Part shown: positions 38,221 through 51,092 of the stretch, piece after piece
Layout: every line of letters starts with the position of its first letter
How positions within the stretch are numbered: position 1 is the stretch's first letter
Source of the DNA: Octopus bimaculoides
Lineage: Eukaryota
Direction: 5' to 3'
Length of the DNA: 64,000 nucleotides
NCBI RefSeq assembly: GCF_001194135.2
Contig: NC_068996.1
Location: forward strand, 7,388,900-7,452,899
Position numbers and translations under genes: made by a program
Notes under the pieces: generated by a model
The model's input: the letters and a program-made list of their open reading frames with translations, nothing else
The model's database searches: none
Told to the model about the DNA's origin: nothing

Positions 38221-40199
38221 CATTTCCTTAACACTCCTGTTGGAATATGCAAAAATCTTTCTGATCAACTTAATTTTGGTAAACTGTCCGATCACTCAAG
38301 CAAATTGCTGTTCTGGAATTGCTTCAGCTATACTCACAGGTAGCATGACTGCTCATTCTGCTGTTAGGCTGTCACTCAACTTTACACACAATGGCAATCC
38401 TTTGTGCAATATTGGCAAAAGATCTGGACAGGCAGAGATCTTGAAGGAATCCAAGCTGAAAGTGTGAGGGGGGTGCACAAGGTTTCAAAGAATAATGTTA
38501 AAGAGTCTTACAAAATCTCAGAGGCAACACTAAGATGATGATTGGAATCACAGTCTTGTTCTTAGGCAAACCCAGCAAGTTATTCCAAAGTGTTCACCTA
38601 CTTTCAAATTGAGAACATGTCTCAAAGGAATCTATATTTGGAAATGAGAAGAAAAACTTTATTTTTCTACTGACACAAGAGTTGCACATAACAGGGGTGT
38701 TTCAGCGACTCAGTCTGCAAAAGTTTTACTTTAGTGAATATGTCATAATAGAAAATAAAATTTTGGAACATCAACTGATCTCAAGAACACTTTTCAAAAT
38801 TTATCTTAGCTTGTCATAGAATTAGAGAAACCATTAGTAACTTTCTGAACATCCTAACTCCCAAAAATGGCACTGTACATGATATTAATTCCACCCTCAT
38901 TCAACAGGCAACTTGACCAATCCAAATAGTATTAGCCATTTTAGACTGGAATTAGTATTACAGATGTTGCTAACTGTTTTGGGGTTCACAACCATTTTTA
39001 TTTATGGCCCCTTTTTAAAAATTCAATATTTAAAACTAGTTTTATAGATACTTCTTTCGAAATTCCTATTTTGTTTTTCTCACAATAACTTGTGTAGACT
39101 GACCAATGTTAAAGAAAGAAACCCAGCTGTTTCTTGCAATACATACCAATACATACATCTAAAGCAAAATTTTTTCAGGGGCCCTTAAAATACTATTGTG
39201 GATCCCCAGTTTACTATTGTAATATGAACCCTGATTGAGAACCACTAGTCTAACAGATTATTACTCCTCTTCAGTTCATCGCTGTTCTTCAAAATATTCA
39301 ACTGAAAATGTGAGAGCAGTGTTGTTATGGAATTTGGATACAACTAAATTATAACACTTCAGAACTAATCTTCAAAACTCTTATGCCACATACACCCAAA
39401 GCAACTATTACAACTTGTTGTGCTAAAAGTGAGAGAAACTATGTTTTCATCTCATTGCATTCTCTTCATCCCTTACATATACTATTTCAGTTCTAGTGCC
39501 TTCAGCTTCTAATGACTCTGTCTTTCTCTATGACTATCAACAAGACCATTCATATTCCTGCAAGATTGCTGGAGTGGAACTGACAAAACCAAGTTTCTTT
39601 CATTGTCAGTTACATAACTCTGTGATCAAGTATATATATCTTACCACCAGAGCCCCAATTCACAGAACAAAAAGATGTTGTCTTCCTCCAGGGTATTTGG
39701 TGCATTAAAAAAACATTTCACTTAGAATTACTTCTGTTTTATGCATTGCACATCAATTTAGAATAATTACTTGAAAGTATATATAATGAAATGCAAACAC
39801 ATTCTCAAAAGTGTCACACATATAAACCAGGAAAAATTCAACTTCAGTTATACATCTTCATTACAGTAATAACATATGCAAACAGAATTAACATACAGAA
39901 TGCACTATATGAAAACTTGCTTTAAGTCACTTAACAAAAAATTTTTACTACATACCCAGTCCACTATCAATGTGGGACACCTTTGCTACTCTCTGTATGT
40001 GTGTACATGTGTTCATATTTATTCAAATGTCATAGCTATCTATCTATCTATATATATACACACACACACACACACACATACATACACGTCTCTCTCTATA
40101 TATATACTATATATACACATACATGCATAAATACATACATACACATCTATATATATATATATACACAAACAAACACACATACACACATATCTATATGTG

Positions 40200-40249
<50 letters not shown>

Positions 40250-40431
40250 AGACAGTATGTGGTGTTCCATTAGATAATAAATTTTATAAAAACCTAATAA
40301 ATGCAGAAACAACTGGGAAACAAAGGGACCCAACATGACAGAAAGTTAAGAAACAAACTAGAAAAAGACAAATGTGCATTTTAGAAATTGAATATACAAA
40401 CATGAAATAAATGTGATTCAAGATGAGACCA

Positions 40432-40469
<38 letters not shown>

Positions 40470-40928
40470 TATGTATATGTTATGTATGCATATATATATA
40501 TATCATCATCAATATCTAACGTCTGTTTTCCATGCTAGCATGGGTTGGATAGTTTGATGGAAGCTGGTATGGTTTCTCTACAGCTGGATGCCCTTCCTAA
40601 CTCCAACCATTTTGCAGAGTGTACTGGATGCTTTTTATGTGGCACCAGCGCTTTTAACAGGGCCCTGGCACCTCTGCTGAATCATACATGCTGTGTCCTC
40701 TCTCAGTCTCCTCCGTTTTTCCTTTCTTCTCTACACACATTGTGGAACATAATTCCTTCGAATGGAAGTTACGATTATACACTTTACTGATAGACAATGT
40801 TTTTGCCTCTCCACTTTACTTTTCTCTTCTTCAATATATCTTTTGCTCTACTCTTGTCTATCTTTTCTATCTCTTTCATCTCTCTTCCCTTCTCCTTTGT
40901 GACATCTCTCTCTCTCTTTTTCCCCCTC

Positions 40929-40957
<29 letters not shown>

Positions 40958-40962
<5 letters not shown>

Positions 40963-41132
40963 CCCTTGTCCTTCTCTCTCTCTCACTCCCCTTGTCCTTC
41001 TCTCTCACTCACTCCTCTCTCTCTCTCTCTCTCCCCTTGTCTTTCTCTCTCTCACTCCCCTTGTCTTTCTCTCTCTCACTCCCCTTGTCCTCTCTCTCTC
41101 TCTCACTCCCCTTGTCTTTCTCTCTCTCTCAC
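40958..41132. repeat. Roughly 24-bp CT-rich minisatellite (ctccccttgtc(c/t)ttctctctctca)
   Basis: About 6 units within (CT)n, running into the 41133-41632 gap. Confidence 0.85.
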
Positions 41133-41632
41133 NNNNNNNNNNNNNNNNNNNNNNNNNNNNNNNNNNNNNNNNNNNNNNNNNNNNNNNNNNNNNNNNNNNN
41201 NNNNNNNNNNNNNNNNNNNNNNNNNNNNNNNNNNNNNNNNNNNNNNNNNNNNNNNNNNNNNNNNNNNNNNNNNNNNNNNNNNNNNNNNNNNNNNNNNNNN
41301 NNNNNNNNNNNNNNNNNNNNNNNNNNNNNNNNNNNNNNNNNNNNNNNNNNNNNNNNNNNNNNNNNNNNNNNNNNNNNNNNNNNNNNNNNNNNNNNNNNNN
41401 NNNNNNNNNNNNNNNNNNNNNNNNNNNNNNNNNNNNNNNNNNNNNNNNNNNNNNNNNNNNNNNNNNNNNNNNNNNNNNNNNNNNNNNNNNNNNNNNNNNN
41501 NNNNNNNNNNNNNNNNNNNNNNNNNNNNNNNNNNNNNNNNNNNNNNNNNNNNNNNNNNNNNNNNNNNNNNNNNNNNNNNNNNNNNNNNNNNNNNNNNNNN
41601 NNNNNNNNNNNNNNNNNNNNNNNNNNNNNNNN

Positions 41633-41687
<55 letters not shown>

Positions 41688-42692
41688 CCATCTCCTCATG
41701 CATTCCTCTACTCCTCCAGTTTTCTTTTTCTTTTAATGTGGCTGTCATATAATGCCTAACCACTTAGTTTTAATTTCAACAGATGTGCATGTGTATGTAT
41801 GTATGTGTGTTTGTGTGTGCACATGTATTTTTGTGCCAACAGCATTTGTCTCTGTTCACATGCACTTTTGTGCAAATGAGTCCTGTATGCTGGTTGAATA
41901 AACTGTTAAAGACAAAACTTAAAGTCCCAGTCAATCTGGTGTAATCAGAATATACTACTCTACTAATTATATAGTCATACCATCAGCAAATGGTTTCTTT
42001 CCAATAAGTTTATCAACCATACCACATAACATATTATAAGATTAGTATTGTATACAGTGGATCCACTTATTATGATCGCTAGAGGATGAAGCTTTTGTCG
42101 ATAACAATAACTGGCAAACAGCATCACGCAAATAAGATGTCTGGGATCTTATTTTTGTAATAAAAAATAAGATTGAAAACATTATCTATAATCATAATAA
42201 GCGACTTACACTGCATGCATGCATGTGTGTATTTATGTATGTATGCTTGTAGCTATGTATGCATGTACATATACATGTATGTATGCATGTACATATGTAT
42301 GTATGTATGTATACATGTACATATGTATGTATATGTGTATGTATGTACATGTATGTATATACATGTACGTATGTATGTATGTACATGTATGTATATACGT
42401 GTACGTATGTATGTACATATACATGTATGTATGTATGTACATATACATGTACATGTATGTATGTATGAATGTATGTACATATGCATGCATGTATGTACAT
42501 ATGCATGCATGTATGTACATATGTATGTACATATGCATGTATGTATGTGCGTATTCATGTATGTATGTGAGCATTCATGTGTGTATGTGCGTGCATATTC
42601 ATTGAGCTTTGTATGTACTTCGAGATTCGATTCCAAAAACGAATTATTTCATGTTCACTCGAAACTTTATAAATCCTTCTGGCATCAACAAA

Positions 42693-42741
<49 letters not shown>

Positions 42742-42754
42742 ATTTATATAAAAT

Positions 42755-43145
42755 ATAGGTGTAGCATGGCTGTCTAGTTAAGTGCTTGTCTTGCAATCTC
42801 GTGGTTTGGAGTTCAGTCCTACTGTGTATAGTATCTTGGTGTCATCTACTATGGCCCCAGGCCAACCAAAGGCCATGTGAGTGAATTTGGTAAAGGGAAA
42901 CTGTGTGGAAGTCCATCATATATGCACATGCATGCATGTGTGTGTGTGTCTCTTTGTCCCTGCCTAGTTTGACAGCCAGTGTTGGTTTTTTTTATATCCC
43001 AGTCACTTGGTGGTTTGGCAGAAAAGAGACTGATAGAATTAGTGCCAGACTTAAAAAGAAAAGAAAAGTAAGTACTGCCATCGATTTGTTTGACTAAAGT
43101 TCTTCCAGTATGGCATCCAGTATGACTAAAGCAAATAAAAGATTA
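42755..43145 (+). mobile_element. SINE family A, diverged
   Basis: Head, body and tail recognisable. Confidence 0.8.
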
Positions 43146-43165
43146 AAGAGTAAATCCTTTTAATC

Positions 43166-43370
43166 TTACAGTTCTATATTTAAGAGATGAAGAATTATGT
43201 ACATTATTTACATTTGATGGATATTTGTCCTCATCTTGTTTGTTGTTAACACAACGTTTCGACTGATGTACTCTCAAGCCTTCTTCAGGTGTCTTGGGGA
43301 AATTACGAACCTGGGTTCTCATTCCTAAAGTATTTTTTGATGTTGTTGTTATTATTATTATTATTATTAT
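43166..43370 (-). mobile_element. Solo Penelope-like terminal repeat
   Basis: Contains the same tacagttctatatttaagagatgaagaattatgtacattatttacatttga motif that leads into the PLE ORF at 12590. Carries a hammerhead motif and an (ATT)n end. Confidence 0.7.
43248..43293 (-). ncRNA. Minimal type-I hammerhead ribozyme motif
   Basis: gacac-CTGAAGA-a-ggct(tgagagtacatc)agtc-GAAA-C-GTT-gtgtt. Stem I is gacac/gtgtt, stem II is ggct/agtc with one G-U, and helix III is reduced to the palindrome AACGTT. Confidence 0.6.
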
Positions 43371-43379
43371 TCATTAAGT

Positions 43380-43580
43380 CACTGCTTGGACAAACACACA
43401 CACAAGTATACATATATATATATACACGATGGACTTCTTCCATTTTCGTCTACCAAATCTACCCACAAGGCTTTAGTTGGCTCGAGGGTAGAGTAGAAGA
43501 CACTTACCCAAGGTGCCACACAATGAGACTGAACCCAGAATCATGTGGTTGGGAAGCAAGCTTCTTACCACACAACCTGT
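43380..43580 (-). mobile_element. SINE family A, 5' half
   Basis: Reverse-complement match to the head and left body. Confidence 0.8.
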
Positions 43581-44823
43581 ATAAGCTCATTTTTTTTTTT
43601 TTTTTCATTTATGTTCTTCCATGCCAGCTTGGGTTCAATGCATATATTTTTGAAGCTTGTGCTAATATGCAAGTGCTTTTAAGCTTTCTTAATGCATTAG
43701 TTGTTGTTCAGTCGCAGCTTAATTAGCCCTAATCCAGCTGACCTATGATCAAAGTTATTCCATCTGTTATTTATTTTACATCTTGTTTTTCAGCCATGCT
43801 GCAACTAGGACAACATTCTTCTCTGTCTTTCCATATTTTTAAGAATTATGGTAAAGGAGTTTTAAACTGCTATCTTTAGCAGTTTGGAAAACCATGTAGA
43901 GGCTCCTTTATTCACTCTTTGTCACATTTGTGCATTTGAGTTGAGTGTGTGTGTATGAAAGCATGAAATGCATGTGTGTGTGTGTGTATGAATGCATGAA
44001 ATTGTGTGTGTGTATGTGTATGAATGTGTGTGTGTGTGCATGCATGTGTGTGTATGAATGTGTGCGTGTGTATATGAATGCTTGAAATGCATGTGTGTTT
44101 ATGTGTGTGTGCATGTGTATAAATGCATGAAATACGTGTGTGTGTGTGTGTATGAATGTATGAAATGCATGCGTGTGTGTGTGTGTGTGTGTTTGAATGT
44201 GTGAAATGCATGTGTGTGCATGTCTGTATGTGTATGAATGCATGTGCATGTGAGTGTATGTGTATGAATGTATGAAATGCATATCTGTGTGTATATGTGT
44301 GTTTCTGCAAGTCCATGTGTGCGTGTCTGCAGGAATCTGAAATGAGCATACACGTTTGTGTATGCATGTTTCAGTATGAATCTGTGAATGTATGTGTATG
44401 TATGCATAAGTATATGAATCTATAAGGTGTTTGTGTGTGTCTGTGAATATACAAAAGTGTTTGTGTGTTTATATGTATATGAATCTCTCAATCCGAATAT
44501 GCATGTTTATCTATGTATGTATGAATCCGAGTTTGCATGAATGTAAGTGTGTGTATGCATGCAAGAGTGTATGTGTGTATGTGTGAACATGTGCATGCAC
44601 ACATGAGTGTGACTGTGTGCCTTTTCAATGCATGAGTGCTCATTACTCAAATGTATAATGAGACAACGATTGCTCTATTTGTCACAAATTCTACACTCAA
44701 TTTGGTCAACAACGCAGATTGATATATTACAAGATATGTTGCTGCAGAACCTTGATACATTGAAGTGCGTGTGTGTTTGTTTGTGCATGATGCACACACA
44801 CACACATATATAGCGAGGAAAGA

Positions 44824-44855
<32 letters not shown>

Positions 44856-45794
44856 GTGTGTGTTTTGCATCCATGGATGTGTGCTGCTCTAACCTCTAAG
44901 AAAAGAAAAGAAAAGAGAAGAGAAAAGAAAAAAGAAAAAAAGGAAAGTGAATTTGTTATATCTGGGGCAGTTGGTTGCATTGCTGCAAGGAAATAATTCC
45001 TTAATTAAATATCGCTGAAGTAGATTACAATATTCATTTTTTTTTGTTTTGTTTTTTTTTTCTCTTGTGTTAATAGAACACATTGCTTCCAATACCAATC
45101 TAAGAATGAAATCACTACTTCATTGTTAGTACTACTTACTCACTTATGAAGCAAAACTGACACAGTCTTCTCAAGTGGATGATAAACCAAGTGTCCATAC
45201 GTTTCTTTGTTTTTTTTTTCTTTTCTTTTTCTTTTAGTTTTCTGTAAATATGTCTACTCACCATTATTCTTTGATAACTATTCATAAACTCTTACATGGT
45301 GCTTATTCCTGTGAATTGCCATAGAATTCTACGTGACATGTTATGTGACGAAAGCACATATACTTCACACTACTTACGCAGATGTTTGCATGCGAAGGAT
45401 CTTTCTCTGAACACTGAGAGGGAATTCGTTTTTTCTTTCTTTCATCCTGTAATTCATATAAGTATTGATTTCATAATCCATAAGTAGATTTTCTTACATT
45501 TGGCACAGTTTTATGAAGAAACATATTTTGGATGGATTGTTGTTGTTACTTAGCCTCAGGTTGAAAATCCTGACCAGGTAGAACTATAATCAAAGACATT
45601 CCAGCTTTATTATTTTTTTTTTTATCCTTCTTAGAAGTATCTAGGACATCATATGTAATGTTTCCCTACCTTTTATTAAGATACTAAGACATGATTTGAG
45701 GGAGATTTCCCTACCATATCTAGCAAATCAAATGACTGCATAAACAATGATTCAATTAGCTCAAGGCTCCCAACATCATAAAATTTATCTCAGC

Positions 45795-45910
45795 AGAGGG
45801 TTCAGTCCCACTGCGTGGCACCTTGGGCAAGTGTCTTCTGCTATAGCCTCGGGCCAACCAAAGCCTTGTGAGTGGATTTGGTAGATGGAAACTGAAAGAA
45901 GCCCGTCGTA

Positions 45911-45967
<57 letters not shown>

Positions 45968-46155
45968 TTGTCCCCCCAACATCACTTGACAACCGGTGGT
46001 GGTGTGTTTACGTCCCTGTAACTTAGCAGTTCGGCAAAAGAGACCGATAGAATAAGTACTTGGCTTACAAAGAATAAGTCCTGGGGTCGATTTGCTCGAC
46101 TAAAGGCAGTGCTCCAGCATGGCCGCAGCCAAATGACTGAAACGAGTAAAAGAGA
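45795..46155 (+). mobile_element. SINE family A, 5'-truncated, low divergence
   Basis: Begins at gggttcagtcccactgcgtggcacc. CpGs retained. Confidence 0.9.
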
Positions 46156-46512
46156 GTTTGAACTCAGAACACAGAGATAAAATATGGAAAAGCATGCTAA
46201 TATCTGTCAACCTCTGGTTGCTTTAAATTCATGGTTAATATTTTCTAACCTGAGCACAAAACCATGAAATTGTTGGGACAGCAGTATAGGCTACTTGACA
46301 TCACCATATTACTAGTAATTTTAATATCAACACTGAAAACTTCATTAGAGATTATAATTCTGACGATAAAGGGGAGATAATTGATTACTGCAATGTATCT
46401 GCTATTACTGACATGCAGTAATACATGTGTGACAGATCTGATAGCTTAACATGTATATTACATGTACTAATAAATATATAACTCTATTCCATAGGTTTGC
46501 AATAATTAAAAG

Positions 46513-47105
46513 GTGTTGTTAGAAAATGATTTAATCACCTTCTACCCATCACAGACAGATTCAACTGTCAGCACTTCTATACCTGTAGAGCTTATTCTGA
46601 ACCTAGCAATGCATCCTAATAGCACTGTGAAACAAGAAATTTCTAGAGATTTTCTATTATTACCTGGGTCAGAAATCATTCTGAGTACATTAGCTAGTCT
46701 TCGTAAACACCCAGGTTCTTCTGAGAATGTTATTCCTCATGCTTGTTACTACTAATTCCCAATAAAAATCTAATGTGGACATTCCACCAAGAGCAATATC
46801 TAACTTGTAAAAGACTGTGAGTGCCTGAAAACAGCCTAGATACCAATATCCAGAACTGCATTTTTGTCAAAGAGACATGGTGACAGAGACTGGTAAGAAT
46901 CTCTGCAGATACTGAAGTGTCATTGCATGCCTGCACATAATCAACCACAGCATATTGATCTTTCCAGGCAGATGGACTTTCTGACTTTAGCAAAAGGAAG
47001 CCAACAAATTGTCATATTTAATAATTTTTCTAACTATTTAAGCTTTTCAACACTATGGTGAAGAAAGAATTACATGGATGCAAAGTGTTTTCATTTTTTA
47101 TTGCA
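46513..47105 (+). mobile_element. Possible decayed piggyBac-like transposase fragment
   Basis: TSIPVELIL..., HNQPQHIDLSRQM and RKNYMDAKCFHFLL loosely resemble TS.PL..., YN..MGGVDLSDQM and RK..KW.KK.FFHLL. Multiple stops and frameshifts. Confidence 0.35.
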
Positions 47106-47122
47106 AAAAAAATAATAATAAG

Positions 47123-47266
47123 TAGGCACAGGAGTGGCTGTGTGGTTAGTAGCTTGCTTACCAACAACATGGTTCTGAGTTCAGTCCCACTGCGTGGCAC
47201 CTTGGGCAAGTGTCTTCTACTATAGCCTCAGGCCGACCAGTAGACGGAAACTGAAAGAAGCCCGTC

Positions 47267-47342
<76 letters not shown>

Positions 47343-47500
47343 ACGTCCCCCGTAACTTAGCAGTTCGGCAAAAAGAGACCGATAGAATAAGTACTAGGCT
47401 TACAAAGAATAAGTCCTGGGGGCGATTTGCTCGACTAAAGGCGGTGCTCCAGCATGGCCGCAGTCGGATTACTGAAACAAGTAAAAGACTAAAAGAGTGG
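47123..47500 (+). mobile_element. SINE family A, near full-length, low divergence
   Basis: Head ggcacaggagtggctgtgtgg through tail gaaacaagtaaaagactaaaaga, with two short internal deletions. Confidence 0.9.
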
Positions 47501-47772
47501 GCAGGCAAAATAATTCACTAATATTTTTAAGATAGGGAGTTAACATTTGCTAGTTTCAGAACCTCTGCTTTATGCAGTTTCTTTCTGCATAGCTGACACA
47601 AGAATGAAAACCTGACTGTCTTTGCTTGCCAAGCTCTTTAACCAGATTGCCAGTCCAATAACAACTGACACTACTATCAGCTGACACAGACTACTACTCC
47701 AGTTGCCAAAATACAAACTCACCAACTTGTGTAGTTTAATGAGTGCTCTTGTTACTTTGCATATTCCTTCAG

Positions 47773-47895
47773 AATCCGTGCCACTACAATAACGATAAAG
47801 ATATCGATGTCAACAATGGGAACAAGAGCAGCTGTGAAAAGACAATTGATATTGATTACTGCCTTTCGTCAATTTTTAAGCTTTTTATGTTGTGA
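47773..47895 (+). CDS. Candidate terminal coding exon
   Basis: Acceptor ctttgcatattccttcag|. Phase-0 frame gives NPCHYNNDKDIDVNNGNKSSCEKTIDIDYCLSSIFKLFML*. CpGs are retained. It is followed by a U-rich stretch and ATTAAA at 48062-48067. A second frame is also open, so the reading is uncertain. Confidence 0.35.
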   Translation, partial: NPCHYNNDKDIDVNNGNKSSCEKTIDIDYCLSSIFKLFML

Positions 47896-48747
47896 AAATG
47901 GATTGGGAGGGTTGGGGTAATCTTTTTTTTTTAAATATCTATCTTGTAAAAAGATTTTTTTTTTTCTTTGTTCATTTTTCTCAGTTTTTAGTGATTGCTT
48001 TTTTTTATTAATGTTTTTTCTTTTCCTTTTTTGATGTTCAGGGTTTTCTTATTTTAACTTAATTAAATCCTTTGTATATTTTCTTTTCTCATCTATCAGT
48101 GTATGTGTGTGTGTGTCGTCATTATCATCATCTTCCATGCTGGCATGGGTTAGATGGTTTGACTGAGGTCTGGCAAGCCAGTGGTCTGTACCAGGCTCCA
48201 ATCTGATCTAGCAATGTTTCTACAACTAAATGCCCTTCCTAATGCCAACCACTCAGAGAGTGTAGTGGGTGCTTTTTACATGCCACTGGCATGGGAGCCA
48301 GTCAGGACACACACACACACACACAGAATGTATGTGTGTGTGTGTGTGTCTCAGACATGACCAAGTAGTTAAGAAGTTAGCATGACAATGATGAGGTTCT
48401 GAATTCAATCCCACTTGGCATTATCTTGGATACATGTTTTTACCATGGCATCTGATTGACTGAAGACTTTCAAATGAAGTTCGACTGAAGCTGTTTGGAA
48501 TTGAAAGGGAAGAACATGTTACTTATTCATTACATTAAAAAACATGACTATACAATATTCACCACTTTAATATGAAATATTAACCCTTTAGAAATCACAT
48601 TACTCTGTCAGATGTAATGCTTATTTATTCACATTGTTTTCAATTAGTCAGGCATTAATGTCATAGCTTTGAGATTTCAATAACATGAATGTTTATTTTT
48701 AGAATGAATTTTTGTTAGGTAGGTATGAAAAGCCAATTTTTGCTGAT

Positions 48748-48790
<43 letters not shown>

Positions 48791-49866
48791 AGAGGTAAAA
48801 TATTGGTGCCAGATATGACTCATTTAAATGATAAATGATTAAGTAGGTAATCCAGTCGCTCAAACTGAAACTCTAATTTTCAAAACAGAGGATCTTTTTT
48901 TTTTTTATTTACTATGTACCATCATCATCATCACATCCACTTTTCCATGTTTGCATGAATCAGATGAGATTTATTGCATCAGATTTTCTACAATTGGGTG
49001 CCCTTCCTGTTGCCAACCTTCACCTGTTTCCAAGTAAGCTAACATTTCTGAACAGTTAGACATGTTTCCACAGAAGATTGGAAACAAACTAACCTCTTTG
49101 TATGATGGTGACACTCATAATTATCATGAGATAAAACAGGTAAAACACACACACACACACACAAATTGCTTCCTTCAGCAGTTGTAGAAGATACTTGCCC
49201 AAGATATCCCACAAAGTGTGTTTATTAGCTTACATATGGCTAATAGGTAATTTTCAAGACACAGCTTTAGCCATCCTAATGCAGATATCTTTATAAGTAA
49301 CAAAAATTACATTATGCTAAAGTAATATGCTTTAATGTCCAAATACATGCACAAGACAATGCAAGTATATTCTATTTCAGAAATGTGTTATTGAAATTTT
49401 TGTCATAGTATGGAATTTTGTTAGGTGAAGCTTTTTACCCCACTCAATGTCATGTCATGTAACATAGATGTCAATAGAAAAGTACACTTTTTAAACAGAG
49501 CACGGAGAGAGAGTGCCTATATACAGCTTGGAATACTGGGATCATCATCATATAATGTCTAGTTTTCCATTCTTACAAAGGTCAAATATAATTTGTTGAA
49601 GCAGATTTTCTGTAGCTTGATGCTCCTCCTGTCACCAACCTTCATCTGTTTCCAAGTAAGGTAATATTTCTCCATGGCCAGATATGTTTTTCATGGAAAA
49701 CTGGAAACAAAGGACACCACTTAGATGACAATGACATTCATTTACAACAATCACATTTTGTCAAGATTAGGGTACACTTAAAAACACACAAGATGAGCTT
49801 AACAGTTTTCAAGCCTGCTTGGATTGTACTCTATGAATTGTCATGTGATATTTGAATTATATTATT

Positions 49867-50248
49867 GGAGGTGCAATGGCCCAGTGGTTAGGGCAGCGGA
49901 CTCGCGTTCATAGGATCACGGTTTTGATTCCCAGACCGGGCGTTGTGAGTGTTTATTGAGCGAAAACACCTAAAGCTCCACGAGGCTCCGGCAGGGGATG
50001 GTGGCGAACCCTGCTGTACTCTTTCACCACAACTTTCTCTCACTCTTACTTCCTGTTTCTGTTGTGCCTGTAATTCAAAGGGTCAGCCTTGTCACACTGT
50101 GTCACGCTGAATATCCCCGAGAACTATGTTAAGGGTACATGTGTCCGTGGAGTGCTCAGCCACTTGCACGTTAATTTCACGAGCAGGTTGTTCCATTGAT
50201 CGGATCAACTGGAACCCTCGACGTCGTAAGCAACGGAGTGCCAACAAC
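49867..50248 (+). mobile_element. Young tRNA-derived SINE (probably an octopus OR-type family)
   Basis: A-box TGGCCCAGTGGTTA, B-box-like GGTTTTGATTCCC, high CpG retention, tail ...gtcgtaagcaacggagtgccaacaac. The family name is inferred from memory. Confidence 0.85.
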
Positions 50249-50856
50249 ACAGCTTAGTGTTATTACTATTTTTTAACATTGACAAAAAGCTTCAAAATTG
50301 TAGAGTATAGTTTGAGTTATTGGTAGCATATAACTGGCACTTTATAAATCCCATACAGAAAATTATAAAGCTATCACAGTTGGAGGTGAAACATCACACA
50401 TATTTACTAAATAGTGTGAAATATTTAATAATTTCATGTACCATTATATTATCACTGTTTCTCATATTTCTAGAAAGAAAGTATTATTGACTGTACCATC
50501 TCCAATATATTGCCAGTACATGTATTAATCATCTCCATAGGAATATGTAAAGCTTTCTGTTGCAGCAATTTTTGAACTAAGAAAGCTGAAACTGGAAATT
50601 GTACGTTTTTTAAATCTTCACAGTAGGCATAGATATGGCTGTGTGGTAAGAAGTTTGCTCCTCAACCACATGATTCCAGGTTCAGTTCCACTGTGTTGCA
50701 CCTTGAACAAATGTCTTCTATGATAGTCTTGGGCTGACCAAAGCCTTGTGAGTGGAGTTGGTAGGCAGAAACTGAAAGAAGCCTGTCATATTTTTTTGTG
50801 TGTTTGAGTTTGTCCACTTTAACTGCTTGACAACTGGTAGATAGAAACTATGCAGA

Positions 50857-51092
50857 AGAGGCGTGCCGGCAGAAACGTTAGCACGCCAGGTGAAATGCTT
50901 ATCAGTATTTTGTCTGCCGCTACGTTCTGAGTTCAAACTCTGCTGAGGTCAATTTTGCCTTTCATCCTTTCGGGGTTGATAAATTAAGTACCAGTTACAC
51001 ACTGGGGTCGATGTAATCGACTTAATCCCTTTGTCTGCCCTTGTTTGTCCCCTCTGTGTTTAGCCCCTTGTGGGCAATAAAGAAATAAGAAA
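50857..51092 (+). mobile_element. SINE family E (Meta-domain-like core), well preserved
   Basis: ttctgagttcaaa...gaggtcaattttgcctttcatcctttcggggttgataaattaagtaccag...tactggggtcgatgtaatcgact. Possible 10-bp TSD agaaactatg (50843-50852 and 51088-51097). Decayed copies at about 4235-4380 -, 10580-10790 +, 10800-10940 +, 10975-11066 +, 21410-21480 -, 22920-23060 - and 63000-63140 +. Confidence 0.8.

Larger units (their letters stand above)
36150..39247 (-). mobile_element. Decayed hAT (Buster/Charlie-like) transposon
   Basis: TIR-like tagtggttctcaa at the minus-strand start (39235-39247). Downstream remnants appear in the expected order: EYL-GF..QDC....SEIL (BED-like), IAQRIA, SLASD-STDISS (first catalytic Asp, cf. 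LDESTDIS), then LWLQI...TILIP-SY. Interrupted by a SINE at 36915-37285. Confidence 0.5.

Noticed and set aside
49867-49945. Possible tRNA genes here and at other SINE heads
   Set aside because: The A and B boxes run directly into SINE bodies, with no complete cloverleaf or acceptor stem.
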